The notes: generated by a model not told the origin, from the letters alone. Positions 7,842-17,081 are shown, counted from the stretch's first letter. The stretch: 62,655 nucleotides of DNA from a virus (IMGVR_UViG_3300034006_000003:1-62655); one strand, 5' to 3'. A program made the numbers and translations.

Positions 7842-9678
7842 TCGCCGCGCTCGCGCAGGATCTGGTCGACGATCTTGATGCCGTGACCAATCCATCGCGG
7901 CACGTTCCTCGAGAAGCTGTTGCCGAGAACGCGGTAGCGCGGGCTGTCCGTGCATAGGTGCCGCATCTCGTCCTTTGTGAGATCCGGCCGCTGCGACAGC
8001 CAATAGGCCTCGAGATCGGCTGGAATGAGCGTCCGCTGCCGCTTCTTCATGGTGATGTGCGTGAAGCAGTCCGGCACGTTCTGAAGGCGCTCGCACTCGA
8101 CCGGCGTCAACCGGCGGACAGCCCAGCCGGTCGCGACGTTGATCTCGTTCCGCCTACCGCCGGCATCGGGGCTGGTGAGCGCATAAGCGACGTCTTCCTG
8201 ATGCTCGAGATTGCGGCCGCCCTCTCGCCCGCGCTCCTGAAACGCGATCGCGACTTGCCCGCCGCCGTTCGCATGGCTGTTCTGATGGTTCATCGACCGG
8301 AGAGTCGGCGCCAGCTGCTCGGCCGCATCCTGTCCGCCGTCCTTCGACGTGAAGGCCAGCAGGACCGTGTCCTGGTCGCCCTTGTCGGTGTCGGCGGTGA
8401 GCGGCGGTGCGATTTCGGACGGAGCGCCATCCTTGTCGCGGGTGAAGTGGGACGGCTTGAATGCGACCGCCATGGGGTTCGTCGCGCCGAGCGTGAGGGA
8501 CACGTCCTCGCTCTCGAGCCTCACCGCCTGGGTGCCGCTCATATACTCGGGGAAGGCGATGCAAGGCGGGTGCGCGTCCGCGGCGAGGGAGTGGCAGGGA
8601 TCTCCGCTCTTCGGATTGGAGCGGTTGTTCGGATTCGTGATCTGCGTCGTGTCGAAGGGGATGAAGGTCCCGTTGTCGAGATCGTTCTGCCAGCCGCTCT
8701 CCGGTCCGCCGGCGCGCAGCGGCGCGGCCACTTCAGGGACATAGGTGCGGGAACCGTCGTCGGTCGACTGCCGGCTGGATGTCAGGGGAGAAGCGACAGC
8801 TGGTCCGTAGATGAGGTCGGTGGCATCTTTGAAGTCGCGGGCTTTGACGGTCGAGGCTGTTCCGTCTTCCTCATATTCTCCGAAGGCGAGCATTCTGGCG
8901 GTGACGAGGCTTCCGCACTCGGCTTCATTGACCCCGCCACGCTTTCCAGCACTTGCCTTAATAGATCCGGCAACCGTTTGGCCCGCCCGACGGCTCGGGC
9001 GAGGATCCCCGCGCAGGCTTTCGGGGTCAAATAATACCGCTGCGGCAGCTGCTGCGTTTCCAAGACGTCCGACAACGAACACACGCCGTCGTCGCTGGGG
9101 GACAGCCCTCTCGGCGCCGTCCACTCGGATATATTGAGCGTCAAGCACTCGGTAGGCCCACCCATACCCGAGTTGCCCCAAGAGCCAGAAGAAGGCTCCG
9201 CCGTTCGTCCCCCGTCATGCGACAGGAATCCGGGGACATTCTCCCAGACCAGCCAGTCGGGCCGAATTCGCTTAGCCAGCGCCAGGAACTCAAGCGTGAG
9301 GTTGCCGCGCGGATCAGCCAGTCCGAGCCGAAGCCCCGCTTGCGAGAAGGATTGGCAGGGGGTTCCCCCGATGAGAAGCTGAACAGGTCCGACATCTTCG
9401 GCTCCTATGGTAGTGAAGTCCCCGAAATTCGGGACGCGGTCGCTCCAGTGATAGTCGCGAAGGTTCTTGATCGCCGTATGGCGCAGCTTGCGGTCTATTA
9501 GCTTCAGATCGGGCGCATCGGGATCCGGCATCCGCATCGGCATCGTCGCCCCGTGGCGCTGCGCGAGCACTCCAGCGGCGAACGGGTCGATCTCGGCATA
9601 GCCGGCCGGCTCCCAGCCGAAGTCATGCCATGCGAGAGAGGCGGCGGAATAGCCGCTACAGACGTCGAGATAGCGCAT
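7838..9678 (-). pseudogene. DNA cytosine-5 methyltransferase, interrupted by a 1-nt frameshift near 9200 as written
   Basis: Motifs I (LDVCSG), IV (GGTPCQSFS) and VI (WENVPG) in the 9678 frame; motifs VIII (PQRRRRVF), IX (RRLTPVECERLQ) and X (LGNS) in the 9181 frame. Confidence 0.85.
8782..9395 (-). CDS. Nested alternative-frame ORF within the C5 MTase (M.EcoHK31I beta-like), broken by the same frameshift
   Basis: AGGAG RBS 7 nt before ATG 9395; GRMSPDSC...SSGSWGNSGM...SLSDVLE...YYLTPKACAGIL segments. Confidence 0.6.
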
Positions 9679-9848
9679 TATTTTACTCTGCCGCCTCGGG
9701 CCCGAATATCCTGCTCAATGCGGTCAGCTTGGGCATCAAAGGACTGATATTCGAATCTGAGGCGCGCAATCTTGTCGCGCCGGCTCTTCGCCTTCCGCCT
9801 GAGAGAGCGCATTCGTTTCCGAAGGTCCGTGATCTCGGGATCAGGCAT
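9678..9848 (-). CDS. Small basic coiled-coil protein
   Basis: ATG 9848 (MPDPEITDLRKR...); stop overlaps the MTase start. Confidence 0.6.
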   Translation of the reverse strand: MPDPEITDLRKRMRSLRRKAKSRRDKIARLRFEYQSFDAQADRIEQDIRARGGRVK

Positions 9849-10353
9849 CGGGCTTCGGCTCGGGGATGTCGTTGATGGCCTTGTCGAAGCCGTCGACGGT
9901 GAGTTCGCCAGGCGCGGGAAAGACGATGAATTCGCGCAGCCATGCCTCGTCGGCGGGGAAGTCGGCGGCGCCGCTGCCGGCATTGCCGAAGAGGACGCCC
10001 TTGCCGCGGACCGGAAGCCCGTCGCGGATCCGCCAGATGGGGCCGATCTCAGCCTGACAGTTGCAGCAGACCCATATCTGGATGCCGGTGTTGTCGACCG
10101 TCGCGACGTGCTGCTGGCCGACGTGCTTCGCGCCGACCAGCCGCCGGATCTCGCTCATCTTCGCTTTGATGCGAACGATCGCAGAGCGGCGGGTGAACGG
10201 GTCGACGCGCGCAACGCGGATCCAGTCCGACCCTTTCGCCGACGTCTTCGGCTGGTCGATGGTGATGACGGGCGGCTTCGGCACTTCCAGCTGCGGCAGT
10301 TCGATCTTGAACTCGCCGTTGGGGACGAAGGCGGTTTCCATGGGCATCTTCAC
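9841..10353 (-). CDS. Hypothetical protein
   Basis: GTGA coupling at 10350-10353. Confidence 0.65.
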   Translation of the reverse strand: MKMPMETAFVPNGEFKIELPQLEVPKPPVITIDQPKTSAKGSDWIRVARVDPFTRRSAIVRIKAKMSEIRRLVGAKHVGQQHVATVDNTGIQIWVCCNCQAEIGPIWRIRDGLPVRGKGVLFGNAGSGAADFPADEAWLREFIVFPAPGELTVDGFDKAINDIPEPKPDA

Positions 10354-10556
10354 GGCAGAAGGCTTCCTTGTGCTGGCGGCGGGACGTGGGTCTCGAGAAA
10401 GGCGACGATGCCCTTCATCAGCGAGATCTCGCGCTTCATCTTGTCGCTGGTCATCTTGCCTTGGTCGACCCAGCGCGGATAGACGTGCTCGCGCATGCCG
10501 AGCTCGCGCTTGGCGCACTTCAGCATCTCTTCGACACTATGTTCCTGCTCGGCCAT
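10350..10556 (-). CDS. Hypothetical phage protein ending in QGSLLP
   Basis: RELGMREHVYPRWV..GKM motif; coupled to neighbours. Confidence 0.75.
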   Translation of the reverse strand: MAEQEHSVEEMLKCAKRELGMREHVYPRWVDQGKMTSDKMKREISLMKGIVAFLETHVPPPAQGSLLP

Positions 10557-10900
10557 TATGCGGTCCTCAATTCGATGCGAAGCTGGGCCATCGCGTCGTC
10601 GAGCGGGTCATCCCAGTTATCGCCGACCGACTCCTTCCACTCGTCATGGACGCGAACGACTTCCCGCGCGGCCCTGATGACGGCGCTCTCGTCGACCGCG
10701 GGCCGGACCGCGCGAACGGATCGCGAGACGCCTGCCTGCCGCGTGATGAGACCGCGCTGCTCCAGCCCGTCTAGGATCCGCGAGACGTTCGCCTTCGAGG
10801 CGACGCCAACCGCAGCGCACATCTCGGAATAGGACGGACAGACAGGGTCGTCGATGCGGCCCATCAGATACTTGTGAAGCTTTGCCTGTTGCTCGGTCAT
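10556..10900 (-). CDS. LexA-like winged-helix DNA-binding protein without the peptidase domain
   Basis: MTEQQ...PSYSEMCAAVGVASKANVSRILDGLEQRGLITR...RSV matches the LexA N-terminal domain pattern. Confidence 0.8.
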   Translation of the reverse strand: MTEQQAKLHKYLMGRIDDPVCPSYSEMCAAVGVASKANVSRILDGLEQRGLITRQAGVSRSVRAVRPAVDESAVIRAAREVVRVHDEWKESVGDNWDDPLDDAMAQLRIELRTA

Positions 10901-11250
10901 GTGATCCTCCAGCAGCGGACCCAGCCGCCTCGATGTTGCCTGGTCGTGAACTTCATGTGCGGATTGTTCCGGCTGAAGAGGCTGGCCGCACCAGAGACCA
11001 TGTTCTGGCATTGGATGATGTGCTGGCCGGGGAGAGGATCCTGTCGGAAGCTTTCTCCGACGCGCATCTCGGCGAACGGGAACTCGGGCTTCTCCCAGCT
11101 GGAGCGCTGCCGCGGCTGCTGGTCGGTCGAGACGGGGATGTCGCTGCTCAGCACATAGCCGCCGACGACGCGCTCGGGTGCTCGCGCGGGTTCCGGACGC
11201 GGCGCGCCCTTCCGCTGCTCGGGGAGCTCGGAAAACAGGGCACTCATCAT
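10897..11250 (-). CDS. Hypothetical protein
   Basis: FPFAEMRVGESF...VRCWRI motif; ATGA coupling. Confidence 0.7.
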   Translation of the reverse strand: MMSALFSELPEQRKGAPRPEPARAPERVVGGYVLSSDIPVSTDQQPRQRSSWEKPEFPFAEMRVGESFRQDPLPGQHIIQCQNMVSGAASLFSRNNPHMKFTTRQHRGGWVRCWRIT

Positions 11251-11606
11251 TGCCTCGTCGCCGATGCGGCTTCCATCATTCGAGCCGTTGCCGCTGCAAC
11301 CTCATTCGAGATCGTGAGGACGCTGGCGTTGTAAATGTCGCGGCAAGTGGTGTTCACCAGCGTCGGGACGGGGACATCCGGAAAGGCGGAAAAAGCGCTC
11401 AACGTCGTCATGAGTCCGACCCGAACCGCAGCAGCGCTCAACACCGATACTTCGAGAGCCGCGCGCTGCTCGTCGCTGAAGCTGCGCTCAGCAGCAACCT
11501 CGGCAGACTTGGCCTTAAACTTTTCGAGAAGCGCGGCGAGTTCTTCGTCCAGCGGCGTCATCGGATCAATCAGCCATTCCGGCATCTGGGTATAGGGGGT
11601 GTTCAT
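11247..11606 (-). CDS. Hypothetical protein
   Basis: ATGA coupling on both sides. Confidence 0.65.
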   Translation of the reverse strand: MNTPYTQMPEWLIDPMTPLDEELAALLEKFKAKSAEVAAERSFSDEQRAALEVSVLSAAAVRVGLMTTLSAFSAFPDVPVPTLVNTTCRDIYNASVLTISNEVAAATARMMEAASATRQ

Positions 11607-12220
11607 GGGTTGGCCCTTTCAAGTTTGTCGATGTTCCTCTGATCGACGCGGAAGACGAAGGCGACGACGTAGGGATTGTCTTCCCAACGCTCGCCGGACT
11701 TTTTGTGAAGAGACCGCCACAGGCTCTCGTATGAGTCTCGCGGGTTCCAGCAGCAGCGGTCGCTATGAAGATAATCCTTCCACCGCTCGACTTCCCCTTC
11801 GTTCGGAAGAGCCTCGATCCCTTCGGCGAGCGCGTCGTCGTGAGAAATGCCCTTCAGATGCTCGAATTTCACTTCCTCGACGGTGAGGGTGAGGCGGGAC
11901 GCCCAGCGCGGCATGTGAATGGCGGGGACCCAAGATCCAGCCGGGCGCCGCTTGTGATCGTAAGTGTATAGGTCCAACCATCGGCTGGCCGCTCCGATCT
12001 GGTCTTCGTTACGGATGAAGGCGTCGTTCGCTCGGTATCTCACGCCGTTTCCCTCGGATTTCGAGTCCTCGGCTCGGCACGTCTCGCGGACCCAGAGACG
12101 ATCGCCGAAGTTGACGCGGCTTCGGAGAGGGGATGTCCCCAGCCGGCGCGTCTGCGTCTTCCGGCCTGCGATCATGGCGTCGACCATGGGCTTAGAGAAA
12201 ATGATGCCATGGTCAGCCAC
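11603..12220 (-). CDS. ASCH/PUA-like phage protein
   Basis: IIFSKPMVDAMIAGRKTQTRR, GDRLWVRET, IHMPRWASRL, WEDNPYV motifs. Confidence 0.8.
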   Translation of the reverse strand: MADHGIIFSKPMVDAMIAGRKTQTRRLGTSPLRSRVNFGDRLWVRETCRAEDSKSEGNGVRYRANDAFIRNEDQIGAASRWLDLYTYDHKRRPAGSWVPAIHMPRWASRLTLTVEEVKFEHLKGISHDDALAEGIEALPNEGEVERWKDYLHSDRCCWNPRDSYESLWRSLHKKSGERWEDNPYVVAFVFRVDQRNIDKLERANP

Positions 12221-12413
12221 TGGTCTTCCCCACAAATTCACGGAAGCCGGCACCCTGCCGCGTCCGCCCGGTAAGAGCATGCTGGAGCGCCAGCGGCAGA
12301 CCGCAGAAGGCGCACTCGGCGGTGACATTGCGGACCCACCAATTCGAACGGTCGCAAGTCGGGCAGCGGGTCTTCGGCCCGCGGTAGACGACGAGGGAGA
12401 AGCAGCCGTTCAT
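12213..12413 (-). CDS. Small zinc-ribbon protein
   Basis: CPTC...CAFC; ATGA coupling. Confidence 0.6.
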   Translation of the reverse strand: MNGCFSLVVYRGPKTRCPTCDRSNWWVRNVTAECAFCGLPLALQHALTGRTRQGAGFREFVGKTSG

Positions 12414-12985
12414 TTCCGCGTCGCCTTTGCGCTCTCGCGAGCCGCCCGAAGCCGCTCATATTCCCATGTGTCAGCGCCGCGCTGCTCGACTTCCCGCATC
12501 AGTTCGCGGAAGGCCGCTTCGATGGTCGGCCAGGGCGCGGTCTGCGACACGCCGAGCACCTGCCACCACTGTTCCGGCGCCGGCAGCGCCTCGAAGGCGG
12601 TGAAGGCGCGGTCCAGGAGATCCGAAGCGCCCCAGCGCTCAATCGACCGCATCGCTTCGAGTGTCTTCCCGATGGCGCGGATGTTCTCATGGATCTCTTG
12701 ATACTGGTCGCAGGCGAGGACGACCGGCTTCCCCTTGCGGGTGAAGTAGACGGCGATGCCGGTGTCGTAGATGGACTGCCGCGCGAGGCTGAGCGTCCCG
12801 TCCCTGTTGGCGCGCTGGTTCGACGAGATGACGACGTCGGTCGCGTCCATCCGGCCGAGCTCCAGAAGCATCGCCTGCTTCGCTATGCGGGGCTCGACTT
12901 TGAACTGGGATGCAACCCGCCAGGCGGACCGCTTCCAGCCATCCGGCCAGCGCAGCGGAGACTCATATTTGTAGACGGGGATCAT
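12410..12985 (-). CDS. Phage protein with a degenerate C-terminal J-like domain
   Basis: PLRWPDGWKR, VVISSN, GIAVYF, LACDQY, WWQVLGV; HPD absent. Confidence 0.75.
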   Translation of the reverse strand: MIPVYKYESPLRWPDGWKRSAWRVASQFKVEPRIAKQAMLLELGRMDATDVVISSNQRANRDGTLSLARQSIYDTGIAVYFTRKGKPVVLACDQYQEIHENIRAIGKTLEAMRSIERWGASDLLDRAFTAFEALPAPEQWWQVLGVSQTAPWPTIEAAFRELMREVEQRGADTWEYERLRAARESAKATRK

Positions 12986-13239
12986 GCCATTCCTCTCCAG
13001 ATCATCGCCGCGGTGAGCCGGCCTTCATCGGCCAGCCGGACAAGGTTGCGGATCTTCGTGCCGGCTGGCGCCGCCGGCCAGCACTCCGGAAGGTTTTCCG
13101 CGATGGTCGTCACCAGGCGCGGGGCAAACTCGCGCAGGCTATTGAGTTCGTCGCGACCCATCCGTCCGCTCGCCGCGCATTGGCACAGGATCCGGCCGAC
13201 GTTGTCGAGTTCGTCGCGGGGCGGCGGCAGCGCGAGCAT
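12982..13239 (-). CDS. Hypothetical protein
   Basis: Coupled ORF in the operon. Confidence 0.55.
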   Translation of the reverse strand: MLALPPPRDELDNVGRILCQCAASGRMGRDELNSLREFAPRLVTTIAENLPECWPAAPAGTKIRNLVRLADEGRLTAAMIWRGMA

Positions 13240-13502
13240 CAGATGAGCCGCCCTTGCCGGTTGCGCTTCGCTTCGGCCGTCGCGACTTCGGCGGTCGCCA
13301 GCCTCACGGCTTCGCGGTAGGTCTCGGTTGCGCCAGCCTCGCGCCGCTGGACCGCGCGCCAGGCGGTCCAGACTTTCGTCTGGGTGACGCTCGAGACCAT
13401 CCGCCAGTGAGAGAGGCAGAACAGCTTGTCGACGCCCTTGGAATTCTCGCAGCCGTCGATGGGGCAGATGCTGGCTTCAGCCATTGGAGCGCTTCCTTTC
13501 AT
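13239..13502 (-). CDS. Small Cys/His (CPIDGC...CLSH) protein ending in QGRLI
   Basis: Putative zinc ligands; coupled ORF. Confidence 0.65.
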   Translation of the reverse strand: MKGSAPMAEASICPIDGCENSKGVDKLFCLSHWRMVSSVTQTKVWTAWRAVQRREAGATETYREAVRLATAEVATAEAKRNRQGRLI

Positions 13503-13842
13503 CGCGTTCGGTCTCGACCATCAGCAGCAGGACGAGTTCGAAGATCGTGAGCGTCTGCTGGCAGTCGTTGCAGACGTTCACGCCCTTGTTCTCGCTCATC
13601 ACCACGACAGGCTCGACCTTGGGCCCCATGATGCCCGCGAGGACCAAGCCGTCTCGGCCGGGTGCCATGGAAGCGGCCAGCCCCATGTGCCGCCGAACCT
13701 CGTTTGCATCGATTCCGCAGCGCTTCACGTCGAGCCGCGCGAACAGGGGAAGCCCGGTCGCCAGCATGACGCGCTCGCACTTGATGCACGGCCCGAGCGC
13801 CGCCTGGTCGAGCCGCGGCAGGCCCTTCAGAGCGTCGTCCAT
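13477..13842 (-). CDS. Hypothetical zinc-binding protein
   Basis: ATG 13842 overlaps the recT stop; CIKC...CNDC. Confidence 0.65.
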   Translation of the reverse strand: MDDALKGLPRLDQAALGPCIKCERVMLATGLPLFARLDVKRCGIDANEVRRHMGLAASMAPGRDGLVLAGIMGPKVEPVVVMSENKGVNVCNDCQQTLTIFELVLLLMVETERDERKRSNG

Positions 13843-15038
13843 CAGCCTTCCTCCCCCTCGAGATCCAGCCGTTTGTCGAGAAATTCCTTCTCGGTCGCCT
13901 CGCGGATGGGCTTCGGGGCCGCTTTGATGATCGCCAGATTGCGGGTCTGGAGATCGGCCAGACTGGCGCTGTCGCGGCACTTGCCGATGTCCAGCTTCAC
14001 CTGAGTCTGCCACGTCGACCAGCCCTCGGGATCGTTCGGGATTGCCTGCTCCGACGGTCCAGCGGTCTCGGTCGCCGCGGCCGGCTGTTCCTTCGCCTTC
14101 GTCGCAGTCGCAGGCTTGGCGTCGGTCTTCTGCTCCACTTCCACCGTCTCGCGCTCTTCCTCGGCACCTTCCATGAAGCCGGACAGGTCCAGTCCATCGG
14201 ACGTGCGGTCTTCCAGCTGCGCGAAGTCGGCGGCGGCCGGACGAGGCGGCGCGGATCCTTGCGCCGGCAGAGCCGCATGCCCCTGGTTCGCGAACTGCGG
14301 AAACATCTCGAGCGCTTCGGCGTCGCGGATCGGCCGCGCGGTCGGCAGCGCCTTGGAGTGACGCCGCAGGACGGACTTCCGCCACATCTCGGCCGGCCAC
14401 TTGTCCCAGACGTCGGTCGTCATCGCGACCGCCTTCACGGCCATGACGTCGCCCTTCGTCATCACTTCGAAGACGCGCTCCCCGTCCGGCAGGGTCGCGA
14501 CCGAGTAGACGGCCCAAAGGTCCCCGCGACGTTCGTCGTCGAGAATGGGTTCGTGCTCTAGAATCGGATTGAGACCCTTCGAGTAGCGGAAAGGCTCATT
14601 CTTGTAGACGACGGTCGCCTCGATGTGCTTCGCCGCGCCGACTTCGACGATCTTCTTCCGAAGCCCATAGGCCATGGACTGATAGTTCGCCTCGAGCCGC
14701 TTTTCCTTGTTGTTCCAGCGGTAGAGGATGACGGCTTCCTTGCCGTCCGGCATCAGCCCGTCATAGGCGGATTGAATCGCCGCTTTGATGAGGGACGGAC
14801 CGTAGCATTCGAGAAGCTTCGGCTCGCGCCGGATAGCCATGGCGAGACAGGCTTCGAACTTCTGGAACGGGATGTCCGTCGGAAGGACCGCTTCGATGTG
14901 ACCGCGCCGCGCTTTGATGTCGCGGAACAGGGCCGTCATCTGCTGCTGGCGCTTCTGGTCCAGGCTGACCTTTTCGTTCTCGGTGAGCTCGCGCTGCTGC
15001 GGGCGGTTTCCGCCGCCGGATCGTCTCTGGTTCATCAT
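13842..15038 (-). CDS. recT: RecT/Redbeta-family single-strand annealing recombinase
   Basis: LLECYGPSLIKA...GLMPD, VYSVATL, WDKWPAEMWRKSVLRR.SK.LP. Confidence 0.88.
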   Translation of the reverse strand: MMNQRRSGGGNRPQQRELTENEKVSLDQKRQQQMTALFRDIKARRGHIEAVLPTDIPFQKFEACLAMAIRREPKLLECYGPSLIKAAIQSAYDGLMPDGKEAVILYRWNNKEKRLEANYQSMAYGLRKKIVEVGAAKHIEATVVYKNEPFRYSKGLNPILEHEPILDDERRGDLWAVYSVATLPDGERVFEVMTKGDVMAVKAVAMTTDVWDKWPAEMWRKSVLRRHSKALPTARPIRDAEALEMFPQFANQGHAALPAQGSAPPRPAAADFAQLEDRTSDGLDLSGFMEGAEEERETVEVEQKTDAKPATATKAKEQPAAATETAGPSEQAIPNDPEGWSTWQTQVKLDIGKCRDSASLADLQTRNLAIIKAAPKPIREATEKEFLDKRLDLEGEEG

Positions 15039-15748
15039 CCACCTTTCCTGATGCTGTCGCCGGTCGACCATTCGAAGGACGCGCCGGGGATGTCGTCTCG
15101 AAGCTTCGAGAGTTGCTTGATCGCGGCGAGCATCGCGTCGCGGACCTTCGGAGCCTTCAGGATCTCGTCGGGCAGCTGCCGCGGTTCCGTAATGGTCCAG
15201 ATCTTCTCGCGCTTGTCGGTGACCTTCGCGCCGTAATCGCCGCGAGCAGCTGGAAGCGAGATTTCTTCCGGCCGGACGGGCTCGACGACTGGCGCCGGCT
15301 CGACCGCCAGCTGGCCTTTCTCGCGGGCCGCAGCCTCGGCGCGAAGCCGCGCTTCTTCCTTCCGCTGCTCTTCAGCCTGCTTCCGGGCCCGCTCACGCGC
15401 TTCGGAGCGGAACGTCTTGATCCGCTGCTCGACCGTCTGGACGGCGAGCAGGACCGGATCCGCGAACGCCTTCGTCCGGCCTTGGATGACGTCGATCGCC
15501 TCGTCGTAGGGCTTCTTCACGGCCTTCCGCTCGCCGTCGACGTCGTCTAGCCACAGGTTCGCCTGGTTGACGAAGTCGGCAGCGTTACCGGCCGTCGCGT
15601 TGTCCGTGACGATGACCTTCGGAAGCCGGTCGATGATCGCGTCGCGCCGAGCCGCGAGCGGCATCAGCTTTTCCTCGAGATCGACGCGAGCCTCTTCGCG
15701 GAGCGGCGGCCGGTTCGAAATCAGATAGTCGGGACGTTCGTCGGTCAT
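15035..15748 (-). CDS. Coiled-coil protein next to recT (Gam/Gp157-like, tentative)
   Basis: ERKAVKKPY coiled coil, C-terminal IPGA; position beside the recombinase. Confidence 0.55.
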   Translation of the reverse strand: MTDERPDYLISNRPPLREEARVDLEEKLMPLAARRDAIIDRLPKVIVTDNATAGNAADFVNQANLWLDDVDGERKAVKKPYDEAIDVIQGRTKAFADPVLLAVQTVEQRIKTFRSEARERARKQAEEQRKEEARLRAEAAAREKGQLAVEPAPVVEPVRPEEISLPAARGDYGAKVTDKREKIWTITEPRQLPDEILKAPKVRDAMLAAIKQLSKLRDDIPGASFEWSTGDSIRKGG

Positions 15749-15948
15749 TGCGGCCTTGCTCTCGAGATTGCCATGTTCAGACCCATCACGCGGTCCTGAT
15801 TGCGATGGCGGTATGCGAGCGCCTGATCCTCGTCACAGCCGAGCAGCAGCATCAGGCCTTCCGTCGAAAGGAAGGACGCGAGCAGCAGACCGCGGATGTT
15901 CTCGACGTCGTGAGACTGCGATGCAGGCGGCAGGGACGGGGCGGTCAC
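15745..15948 (-). CDS. Hypothetical protein
   Basis: GTGA/ATGA coupling. Confidence 0.5.
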   Translation of the reverse strand: MTAPSLPPASQSHDVENIRGLLLASFLSTEGLMLLLGCDEDQALAYRHRNQDRVMGLNMAISRARPQ

Positions 15949-16259
15949 TTTTTGCGTTCCGATTTGAGGCGCACGACGTCGCCGGCCGGAGCGATGACGG
16001 TGTCCTGCTCGAGACCGCGCGCAACGATGGGGCACGGGACCGTGATCCAGTCGAAAATGTCGGACTGCGGAATGCCGATCTCGAAGCGGGTCCGCTCGCG
16101 CGGCTTCTTCAGCTTCACCTCGCGCACGTCCCAGTTCGACCGATGCGGATAGCGGTGCCGGATCGTTGCCAGCTGCTGGTCGGTGAAGCGCTGCTCTGGG
16201 TCCGTCTTGGTCCCGTTCCAGCGGTCGGCACCGTGCCCCGTCGGCGTGATCTTATCCAC
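15945..16259 (-). CDS. Hypothetical protein
   Basis: Coupled ORF. Confidence 0.55.
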   Translation of the reverse strand: MDKITPTGHGADRWNGTKTDPEQRFTDQQLATIRHRYPHRSNWDVREVKLKKPRERTRFEIGIPQSDIFDWITVPCPIVARGLEQDTVIAPAGDVVRLKSERKK

Positions 16260-16674
16260 TGATCGCCTCAGACCGCGGGCATTCGGCCTTCATCTGCTCT
16301 TCCAGCTTCACCGCCGCCTTGTTGTAGACGATGGACATACCGGCGAGCAGAACGGCGTTCTGCGGATCCGCGTGAAGCGACGACTCCTCGGCGAAAGCGT
16401 CGGCCAGGACGCGTATCGCTTTGATGTGGGCGAGAAGCGCAGCCTCTTCTATCGTCTCGTCCCGAGTGGATGCGGCGGCCAGCACATTCGAGACAGTGCG
16501 GCGGTGCGCCTCGACGAAGAACTTCTGATCTGGACAGGCAACCATGTCATCCCAGGAATTGCTAAGATACAGACCACCTTCCGTATTGACCGGCTCGAAC
16601 CCCTCGCCGTGCCAGCTATCTCTGCAAATGCGCTCGAACTCTCGCTCCCGCGCTTGTTCAGCTTGGTTGGACAT
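16252..16674 (-). CDS. Hypothetical protein
   Basis: GGAGGG RBS; operon context. Confidence 0.6.
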   Translation of the reverse strand: MSNQAEQAREREFERICRDSWHGEGFEPVNTEGGLYLSNSWDDMVACPDQKFFVEAHRRTVSNVLAAASTRDETIEEAALLAHIKAIRVLADAFAEESSLHADPQNAVLLAGMSIVYNKAAVKLEEQMKAECPRSEAISG

Positions 16675-16863
16675 TCACTTGCCCTCCTGATTGGCAGGCG
16701 CCGTGCGATCGAACATATCTTCGCCGTTGACGCGCCGGGTCTCGAGCCCGCAACGGGGGCACTCAAAGAAGCTCTCTTTGCGAACCATCCGAACGAGGCT
16801 CGGGCATGCACCGCAATATGGAAGGTAGCCGGACTCGCCGACTGAAGCATGGACGCTCATCAC
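16675..16863 (-). CDS. Small zinc-ribbon protein
   Basis: CGAC...CPRC; GGAGGG RBS. Confidence 0.6.
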   Translation of the reverse strand: MMSVHASVGESGYLPYCGACPSLVRMVRKESFFECPRCGLETRRVNGEDMFDRTAPANQEGK

Positions 16864-16900
16864 TTGCCCTCCTCGCGGTCGATCGCTTCAGGATCGTTGC

Positions 16901-17080
16901 TCACAGGACTTCCACCACGCGGATGCCCTTGCCGGCTTCCTCGACGATGCGGGTCCAGGCCTTCTTCGCCGCGCCGCGCCGGCGATAGCCTTCCGCGCTG
17001 TCGGCCATGATGTTCCCGTTGCTCGCGACCAGCCGCCAGCCCCAGTCTTTGTCCTCGCGCTTGTAGATCTCGACGAACAT
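16901..17080 (-). CDS. YegP/DUF1508-like protein
   Basis: EIYK...WGWRLVASNGNIMADSAEGY. Confidence 0.8.
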   Translation of the reverse strand: MFVEIYKREDKDWGWRLVASNGNIMADSAEGYRRRGAAKKAWTRIVEEAGKGIRVVEVL

Positions 17081-17081
17081 T

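Noticed and set aside
7842-8096. N-terminal extension of the Dam-like ORF given in the track
   Set aside because: Overlaps the C5 MTase C-terminus; the ATGA-coupled start at 7841 fits better
13843-14517. 346-aa ORF 13477..14517
   Set aside because: The upstream part overlaps recT in another frame; the likely gene starts at 13842
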